Below are positions 57,040 through 64,000 of a DNA stretch of 64,000 nt, piece by piece. The notes under the pieces are model-generated. The model was not told where the DNA came from. It made no database searches and was given only the letters and a program-made list of their open reading frames with translations. The DNA is from an uncultured Gammaproteobacteria bacterium (GTDB lineage Bacteria > Pseudomonadota > Gammaproteobacteria > UBA9214), in contig CAVYZN010000002.1 of the NCBI GenBank assembly GCA_963773065.1, forward strand, positions 32,001 to 96,000, read 5' to 3'. Position 1 is the stretch's first letter. Each line of letters opens with the position of its first letter. A program made the translations under genes and the position numbers.

Positions 57040-59754
57040 ATGACGGATACAGCCGCAGACCCCGCCGCCGCGGACCAGTTCGAGTCGTGGTTCGGCACGT
57101 CCGCACTGGATGCCGGGCTTGCCGCCGGCGAGAGTGCGCTGCCCCTGTTCAGGCAGTTCCTCAATCAAAGCCATGCCGCGCTCAAACAGAAGTTCGAGCA
57201 CGGCATCAGCGCGCCGCTGCTCATCAAGGCGCGCTCCTGGCTGGTTGACCAGCTCCTGATCCGCGCCTGGCGGCGCTTCATGGCCGAAGACGGGCAGACT
57301 GCGGCGCTGGTCGCGGTCGGCGGCTATGGCCGCAGCGAACTCATGCCGGGGTCGGACATCGACCTGCTGGTGCTGCTGCCCGATACGGCGCATGAACAGC
57401 TCAATCCCAAGCTCGAGTCGCTGCTGGTCTTTCTCTGGGATATCGGACTCGAAGTCGGCCACAGCGTCCGCACCGTCGGCGACTGCATCGAACAGTCGCT
57501 GGCCGATGTCACCGTGGTCACCAATCTGATGGAAGCCCGCCTGCTCACCGGCAGCGAGGACCTCTATGCCAGGATGCACGCCAGCGTCTCGCCCGGGAAG
57601 ATCTGGAACAGCCGTGATTTCTTCGAAACCAAACGCCGGGAACAGAGAAACCGCCACCGCAAGTACCATGATACCGCCTACAAGCTGGAACCCAACGTCA
57701 AGGAAAGCCCGGGTGGGCTGCGCGATATCCAGATGATCGCCTGGGTGGCCAACCGCCACTTCGGCACGGCATCGCTGGAAGACCTGGTCACGCGCGGCTT
57801 CCTCACCCAGGCGGAGTACGACGTGCTGGTCGAGGGCAGGAATCTCCTGTGGGAAATCCGCTTTGCCCTGCACATCCTGACGGGGCGCGGCGAAGACCGC
57901 CTGCTGTTCGATTACCAGCGCACCATCGCCGAACAGTTCGGCTACCACGATGAAGACGATCAGCTCGGCGTCGAGGTCTTCATGAAGCAGTACTACCGGA
58001 CCGTGATGGATCTCAGCCGCCTCAACGAAATGCTGCTGCAGTTGTTCCAGGAGGAGATACTGTTCACCGACGGGCCGGCCGAGATCATCCCGCTCAATAA
58101 ACGCTTTCAGGCCAGAAACGGCTTCATCGGGATTGCGCACAGCAAGGTGTTCGCCAATTACCCGTTCGCGCTGCTCGAGATTTTCCTCCTGCTTGAGCAG
58201 AACCCGCAGTTAAAGGGCGTGCGCGCCGACACCATCCGGGCCATCCGCGCCCACCGCCACCTGATCGATGACAACTTCAGGAACGACATCCGCAGCAGAA
58301 GCCTGTTCATGGAGATACTGCGGCAACCTCACGGGGTCACCCATGGCCTGCGCCGAATGAACGTCTACGGCGTGCTGGCCGCCTATCTGCCGGCATTCGG
58401 ACGGATCGTCGGACTGATGCAGTACGACCTGTTCCACATCTATACCGTCGATGAACACATACTGTTCGTGGTGCGCAACCTGCGCCGCTTCACGGTACCC
58501 CGCTACGCCAATGAGTTCCCGCTCTGCAGCCACGTCATCGCCACGCTGCCCAAACCCGAGTTGCTGTATCTCGCCGGGCTGTTTCATGATATCGCCAAGG
58601 GCCGCAAGGGCGACCATTCCGATCTTGGCAGCGCCGAGGTGCGCGAGTTCTGCGTGCGCCATCACTTGAGCGACTACGACACCGGCCTCCTCGAATGGCT
58701 GGTCGCCAAGCACCTGCTGATGTCAGCCACCGCGCAGCGCGAGGACATCAGCGATCCCGCCGTCATCAACCGCTTCGCCCGCACCGTCGGTGACCCGGTG
58801 CGCCTCGATTACCTCTACCTGCTGACCGTGGCCGATATCCGGGCGACCAACCCCGAGCTCTGGACGACCTGGAAGGACGCCCTGCTCAGGCAGCTCTATT
58901 ACAACACCCGCCGGGCGCTGCAGCGCGGCCTGCAGGACCCGCTGGAACGCTCCGAACACATCCAGCAGATCCAGAGCGAGGCCCGCAAGCTGCTCGCCAG
59001 CATCACAGCGGACGCCGGCCGTCGGGATGCCATCTGGGAAACACTGGGCGAGGAATATTTTCTGCGTCACACCTCGGACCAGGTGGCCTGGCATACCCAG
59101 CTTATCGAGGAGAGCGCCGCCGGTGAGAACTGCATCGTCGCGATCCACCCCTCCACGGAACGCGGCAGTACGGAAGTATTCATCTACGCGAAGGTAATGG
59201 ATGAACTGTTTACCCTGATCACCGCCGTACTGGACCAGTTGGGCTTGAATGTCGTGGACGCCGGCATCATCACCACCCGCGACGGCCATGTGCTCAATAC
59301 CTTCCACGTGCTCGAGACATCGGGCCAGCCCGTGGAAAGCGATAGGCGCGCCGAGGAGATACGCGCCGCGCTGGTGAACGAGATCACCCGCGGCGACCGG
59401 CGCGTCTGGCATGTCTCGCGCAGGACGCCCCACCGCTACAAGCATTTTCCGATCAAGACGCACATCGCCTTCAAGCCGGATGAGCTCGATCATCGCACGG
59501 TCATGGAGCTGATCACGCCGGACCATCCCGGCCTGCTGTCGCAGGTCGGCAGGGCCTTTACGGAATGCGGCGTGAGGCTGCTCAACGCCAAGATCGCCAC
59601 CCTGGGCTCCCGCGCCGAGGATATCTTCTATATCACCGACCGGAACAACCAGCCGCTCGAGGATAGCGAGCAGTACGAATGCCTGGAAAAGTCCCTGCGC
59701 AAACACCTGGGCGCGGACGCCGGGGCCGAGACGCAGGCCCCGCTCTTCATCTAA
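57040..59754 (+). CDS. glnD: PII uridylyltransferase/uridylyl-removing enzyme
   Basis: AVGGYGR..SDIDL, KESPGGLRD, HDIAKG, two ACT domains. Confidence 0.97.
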   Translation: MTDTAADPAAADQFESWFGTSALDAGLAAGESALPLFRQFLNQSHAALKQKFEHGISAPLLIKARSWLVDQLLIRAWRRFMAEDGQTAALVAVGGYGRSELMPGSDIDLLVLLPDTAHEQLNPKLESLLVFLWDIGLEVGHSVRTVGDCIEQSLADVTVVTNLMEARLLTGSEDLYARMHASVSPGKIWNSRDFFETKRREQRNRHRKYHDTAYKLEPNVKESPGGLRDIQMIAWVANRHFGTASLEDLVTRGFLTQAEYDVLVEGRNLLWEIRFALHILTGRGEDRLLFDYQRTIAEQFGYHDEDDQLGVEVFMKQYYRTVMDLSRLNEMLLQLFQEEILFTDGPAEIIPLNKRFQARNGFIGIAHSKVFANYPFALLEIFLLLEQNPQLKGVRADTIRAIRAHRHLIDDNFRNDIRSRSLFMEILRQPHGVTHGLRRMNVYGVLAAYLPAFGRIVGLMQYDLFHIYTVDEHILFVVRNLRRFTVPRYANEFPLCSHVIATLPKPELLYLAGLFHDIAKGRKGDHSDLGSAEVREFCVRHHLSDYDTGLLEWLVAKHLLMSATAQREDISDPAVINRFARTVGDPVRLDYLYLLTVADIRATNPELWTTWKDALLRQLYYNTRRALQRGLQDPLERSEHIQQIQSEARKLLASITADAGRRDAIWETLGEEYFLRHTSDQVAWHTQLIEESAAGENCIVAIHPSTERGSTEVFIYAKVMDELFTLITAVLDQLGLNVVDAGIITTRDGHVLNTFHVLETSGQPVESDRRAEEIRAALVNEITRGDRRVWHVSRRTPHRYKHFPIKTHIAFKPDELDHRTVMELITPDHPGLLSQVGRAFTECGVRLLNAKIATLGSRAEDIFYITDRNNQPLEDSEQYECLEKSLRKHLGADAGAETQAPLFI

Positions 59755-59820
59755 GGAACCTCTGTACAAGCAGCGTTAGGCTGAACGAAGGTGAAGCCCA
59801 ACAGTTGGGGGACAATGGAC

Positions 59821-59896
59821 AATGGGGACATTCTGGTTTATTGATATCCATTCTCTCCTGGAGGCACAACGTGTGTTAAGCCAGAATGTCCACATT
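59821..59896. repeat. 76-bp REP/REPIN-like hairpin, copy 1
   Basis: AATGGGGACATTCTGGTTTA ... TAAGCCAGAATGTCCACATT; 67/76 identical to copy 2. Confidence 0.85.
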
Positions 59897-59935
59897 TTTT
59901 CCATTGTATAGGCCCTCTAATGTAGACCTTTATCG

Positions 59936-60447
59936 ATGCACATAGACAAATCTAATTCATGCGCAAGCGGTGAGTATCTCGTCCTTGGGGAAATGCTTAG
60001 GCGGGGATATGAATGCTACTTGGCCAATGGCCCTACCCAAAATGGGTGGGACATCGTTGTCCTCAATGAGAACGGTTCAAACATAAGAATTCAGGTCAAG
60101 ACAATCGACTGGCCAGAAAAAAATGCAATTAACGGGAAATTAGACAATGGGTTCGATATTCTTGTGGCTGTTCTCTTACAGCGAGAACAGCCACATGCCA
60201 AGATTGTCATTGCCTCGCGCCAGGAGATTGAACCTCTGCTGTCAGCCGCATCCACGGACGAAAATACTGCACGGGGTATGAAAGGTGGAAAGAGCGTACT
60301 TTGAACCTTGGAAAGAATTTCGAAACACAAGATAAGAAGAAAGACCTCAAAGTGGATGAGGCGGCTTGGAAGCACTTAAATGAATTGATTGATAACCTAA
60401 CGAATCATTCAACCGGACCTGCGCAAAAAGCCGCGCAGTCCGGTTAA
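59936..60447 (+). CDS. PD-(D/E)XK nuclease-like protein in an integron-type cassette (probable 1-nt indel near 60290)
   Basis: SGEYLV..LRRGY..GWDIVV..IQVKT motif; shifted frame stays open to TAA inside the attC. Confidence 0.7.
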
Positions 60448-60461
60448 TTCAAACGTTGGGC
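60395..60461 (+). other. Integron attC recombination site
   Basis: ACCTAAC-5 nt-ATTCAACCGGACCTGCGC/GCGCAGTCCGGTTAAT-GTTGGGC with two unpaired bases. Confidence 0.88.
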
Positions 60462-61016
60462 GACATGAACTACGCATCACTCGAGGGCAGCTCGCTATTT
60501 GCGCCACCCATTTCATCAGCTTAACGAGACAAGAAATATGAGCTTTGGAGACAAAATTATTGAATCCGTTAGCGAGACATCGCGTGATGTTTCAGAAAAA
60601 TTAGCTCAAAAGTATCGGGAGTACCTAGGCGAAGAGCTAAATAAAAAGCAAGAGGCGCTTAATGCGCTTGAATTTGAGCTCAAAGAGCGGGAAAAGGCGG
60701 TCGCAGGGCGAGAAGCGAAGCTCAAGAAGTCCTACCTGATTCCACGAGCCTATATCGATGTGCCGATCGCAATAGTCGTTGTTGCTACCGCCTATTTGAC
60801 ATATGAAGCGTTTAGGCCCGAGGTCCATGACCTCGTTTCCAGTAGCACTTCCTCAAGCGAGAGCAAAACTGTGGATCAATCAATCTCAGGCGCTGGGGGC
60901 GGGTTGTACTCACGTAGCGAGAGCAAAACTGTCGATCTCTCAGACGGCGGGGTCGGGTCGTACTCAGGATGTATGAAACGAGGAATCGCGTATTACATAG
61001 AAATTGGCTCGTACCC

Positions 61017-62543
61017 GAATGGCACTTAATTAAGCTCAAGCTTCCTTGCATGCCCATGTTTTCTGATGTCCTGACGGGCTTTCCAGCGAGGTTTGTTCAA
61101 GTGTGGATAAGGCTTGGGCCTGCGCTTGACCGCCCGCGGTTCAACCCGGCCGGGTCGTTCTCCTACCCGTATTTGGGCAATGAGCAGGAACAAGGTCGCC
61201 GTGTCTTCTTTGGTGCTTGAGAGAAACTGCCGTTGACTCCAGGCCACCCAAATCTGCAGCGTATGTTTGAAGCTCAACTGGCGCGGCGCCACCTTGGCCT
61301 GCAGCGCAGCCTCGGCCATCAGCAGCCGAATCAAGTTGTACGCCAGGAGGTAGACCCACATTTCCTTCTCGCACATCGCTGGGCTCTTGCAACTTAACGC
61401 TTCCATGCCGAGGGTGGTCTTGATGTTGCGCAGATCCAGCTCCACATGCCAGCGCTGCAGGAACAACGCTTCCAGCTCGGCCTTGGCGGTTTTGCGTGGC
61501 GAGAGCAGGGTGGTCACCAGCACTTTCTTGCCGATGTTCGCTTCGCGCACCGTGATCTGCTTCGGATAGCTGTGGTATTCCTCCCGGCTCATCCACTCCG
61601 GCCGGGCAGGCCGGGACCACTGCACCAAATGATCCCGTGCGCCAAGTTGCTCTCCCCGGCGAAAATCCGTATGGCGCGCGCCATGCTGCTCGAACAGCAC
61701 GTCCACCCCGCGCCCCTGCAGGTCGGCGATCAGGAAATAACTGCAATAATAGCTGTCGGCCAGCATGATATAGCCTTCGACAAACGCCCCCTTGAGACCT
61801 CGAAACAGACCATGTTCACCCGTGCCCTTACCCTGGTACGGCCCCATGGCGGCATCGAGCACCGCGCCGTTGGACAGGGAAATCACCCCGACCAGCCGCG
61901 CCAGCGGAAAGCCCACGCCAGGGGCTTGTCCCCCCGGTTGGGGAAAGCGCGCCTGATTCTCCTCGGTGTCCGGCATCGATACCGTCGTGCCATCCACGAG
62001 TTTCACGTGCCGCCCGCCCCACAACCACCCCGTGGGCGTGTACACGCCAAGCAACGCCCCGGTTTGGCGGGCCAGCGTGCTCACCATCTCGTGCGGCAAG
62101 CGCTGGCGCGCGATGCAATAGCCGCCGGTGTTGGCGCTGCCCACAGACATCTCGCTGAGCAGGCGATTGACTAGCGCTTCATTCACCGTGTTCTGACAGG
62201 AGCCGTCGGCACTCATGACTTGCCCTAAAAACATCGATAACGTCAGCGTCGGTGGATAGTGCCGTTCCGGTGCTCGGGGAGCTGCGCCTCCACCGCCTCC
62301 AGTAACTGCGGGCCGGTAAGCAGGTTGAAGAAATGATTGGCATAGATTTTCTGAACCTGTTTGGCAAGACGACGTTGTTGTGACAGCAACGGACGGTTAC
62401 AGTGACTCATGAAGGTTGGCCTCAGGGCTGGTGGGGTCGATGTTTCGCAACAAACATCTTACCAGTCCCAGCCAACCTTCTCTTTCCGTTTCAAACCATT
62501 AGACTATGCTACGTCCTCACTGATCCTTAATTAAGTGCCATTC
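61017..62543 (-). mobile_element. IS4-family insertion sequence (1527 bp)
   Basis: Perfect 18-bp TIRs GAATGGCACTTAATTAAG; 11-bp TSD GGCTCGTACCC at 61006-61016 and 62544-62554. Confidence 0.95.
61026..62410 (-). CDS. IS4-family DDE transposase (frameshift near 62265)
   Basis: VDGTT, LADSYY, QRWHVELDLRNIK (YREK-like), RVEPRAVKRRPK. Confidence 0.92.
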
Positions 62544-62663
62544 GGCTCGTACCCTTTTCTTTCAACGGGGGAGGATGCCAAAGAAAAGGTCGAAGGAATG
62601 TGCCAGAGAACCGGTGGAATGGCTTTCTCTCACAGGGACTGAGCCCCTTCTATGAAATGGGAT

Positions 62664-62739
62664 AATGGGGACATTCTGGTTTATTAATATTCATTCTCTC
62701 CTGCAGACACAACAGGTGTTAAACCAGAATGCCCCCATT
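62664..62739. repeat. 76-bp REP/REPIN-like hairpin, copy 2
   Basis: AATGGGGACATTCTGGTTTA ... TAAACCAGAATGCCCCCATT. Confidence 0.85.
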
Positions 62740-62976
62740 TCCTCCCATCCAGCCCGAAGGAGTACAGGCTGTGCGAGCGGCGGACACCACCGGCCAAGAG
62801 CGTTTTGTACCTTGACGTCCAGGGTTCGGTCGCGAATCCACGCACGCTGACTGTCCGAGACCCACCGCGTGCGGGGCGCTTGAGCGGTACCTCCATAAGC
62901 CCGCCGCTAATGATCGAGGAGCGCCGCATCGCCGGACTGGAGGGTTGGATACTGGGCGTGGTATGCGGTCAACTGG

Positions 62977-63039
62977 ACGTTTATACAAACAGTCGGTTAT
63001 TCACGTTTATACCTAAAATAACATCACTCTAGGTATAAT
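62977..63039 (+). promoter_or_regulatory. Putative promoter/operator of the GSU2403-family gene
   Basis: TATAAT at 63034-63039, 9-bp IR TTATACCTA/TAGGTATAA, direct repeat ACGTTTATAC. Confidence 0.55.
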
Positions 63040-63045
63040 CGCGGC

Positions 63046-64000
63046 ATGGTCAGGCAACCCCAAGAGATTCAGACCCTCTACGCCGAGCTGTCGGAACGCC
63101 TCGCCGCCTATGAGGCGGCGCGCTCGTTTTCGAGCTTGAGCGGGAGCTTCGCAACGAAACGAATATCCGGCTCCAGCTATTGGTACTTCAAGACCAGCGA
63201 GACCCCATCCGGGCAGCGCGAGTACTCCGTCGGTCCCGATACACACGCCACGCGTTCGATCATCGAGGCCTATCAAAAAGGCCGTGCGGCAACGGAAGAG
63301 GTGGAAAACGCCATTGCCCGACTGTGTGCGATGCTGCGCCAGGGCGGCGCCATGCTGACCGACACGGTGTCGGCCAAGGTGATTTCCGGACTGGGAAGCG
63401 CGGGGGTATTCCAACTGGGAGCGGTACTGGTCGGCACGCATGCTTTCATCGCCCTCGGCAACGTCTTGGGCGTGCGCTGGCAATCCGGGCTGCGTACGGA
63501 GGACATAGACCTTCTCGCCAGTCCCGTGCTGGAAGTGGCGATCGGGCAGATCGAGGCCGATCTTCCTGCCACTCTTGAAAGCCTGAATATGGGGTTCCTG
63601 CCTGTGCCGGGTCTGGACTCACACAAGCCGGAAACCTCGTTCAAGGTGCGAGGCAAGACGCTTCGCGTGGATCTCCTGACGCCGGCGCGCGGGAAGAGTG
63701 ACGGCGCACCCGTGCGCATCCGCGGCTCAAGGCTTCGGCGCAACCGCTGGAGTTTCTTGATTACCTCCTCGAGGCGCCCGTTGCCGTTCCGATCATCAAT
63801 GGCGGCGCGACGATGGTGAAAGTCCCCGACCCCGCGCGATTCGCGCTGCACAAGCTGATCGTCAGCATGGATCGCTCGATTGCGATGCAAACCAAAGCGG
63901 CAAAGGATCGTCAACAGGCAGGCGAAATGATCGAGGTGTTGATCCAGGACCGGCCAGGCGACATCGAACTTGCCATAGAGAGCATGAACCGGCGGTCGAA
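63046..64000 (+). CDS. GSU2403-family nucleotidyltransferase-fold protein (frameshift near 63720, runs off window)
   Basis: QTLYAEL, YWYF, GAVLVGTHAF, RTEDIDL, VDLLTP, then AQPLEFLDYL..VPDPARFALHKLIVS..KAAKDRQQA. Confidence 0.85.

Larger units (their letters stand above)
60538..62642 (+). pseudogene. Cassette-borne hypothetical membrane protein interrupted by IS4
   Basis: Coiled coil + 1 TM; removing the IS and one TSD restores CMKRGIAYYIEIGSYPFLSTGEDAKEKVEGMCQRTGGMAFSHRD-stop. Confidence 0.8.

Noticed and set aside
59775-59802. GTTAGGC...GCCCAAC as an empty mini-cassette
   Set aside because: Core-site-like heptamers are present but no attC hairpin follows; may be chance or an unprovable relic

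Overview
GC-rich gammaproteobacterial chromosome segment; gene order suggests a Chromatiales/Thiohalobacterales-like lineage (inference). It has three parts. (1) 1-3390 is the right end of a genomic island, ending in a duplicated 3' half of tRNA-Val(CAC). It carries transaldolase, a histidine phosphatase, an FMN reductase and remnants of phosphoketolase, emrA and sdhE. (2) About 3.9-59.75 kb is core genome: potFGHI, dnaQ-rnhA-yafS/mltD, alaC-hom-thrC-recJ-prfB-lysS, dnaE-accA-tilS-pyrG-kdsA-eno-ftsB-ispDF, surE-pcm-nlpD-rpoS, the rpsB-tsf-pyrH-frr-uppS-cdsA-dxr-rseP-bamA-skp-lpxD-fabZ-lpxA-lpxB-rnhB cluster and map-glnD. A diguanylate cyclase is inserted between rnhB and dnaE. Short relics mark lost genes (nhaD, gloB, yqaA; truD is absent), and a family of intergenic palindromic miniature elements with 9-nt periodic arms recurs. 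(3) 59.75-64 kb is accessory. A low-GC piece of an integron cassette array (PD-(D/E)XK gene, attC, IS4-interrupted gene) sits between two 76-bp REP-like hairpin direct repeats, followed by a GSU2403-family nucleotidyltransferase-fold gene. Single-base frameshifts in many essential genes are most likely sequencing/assembly errors. All calls come from reading the sequence by eye; no database search was run.
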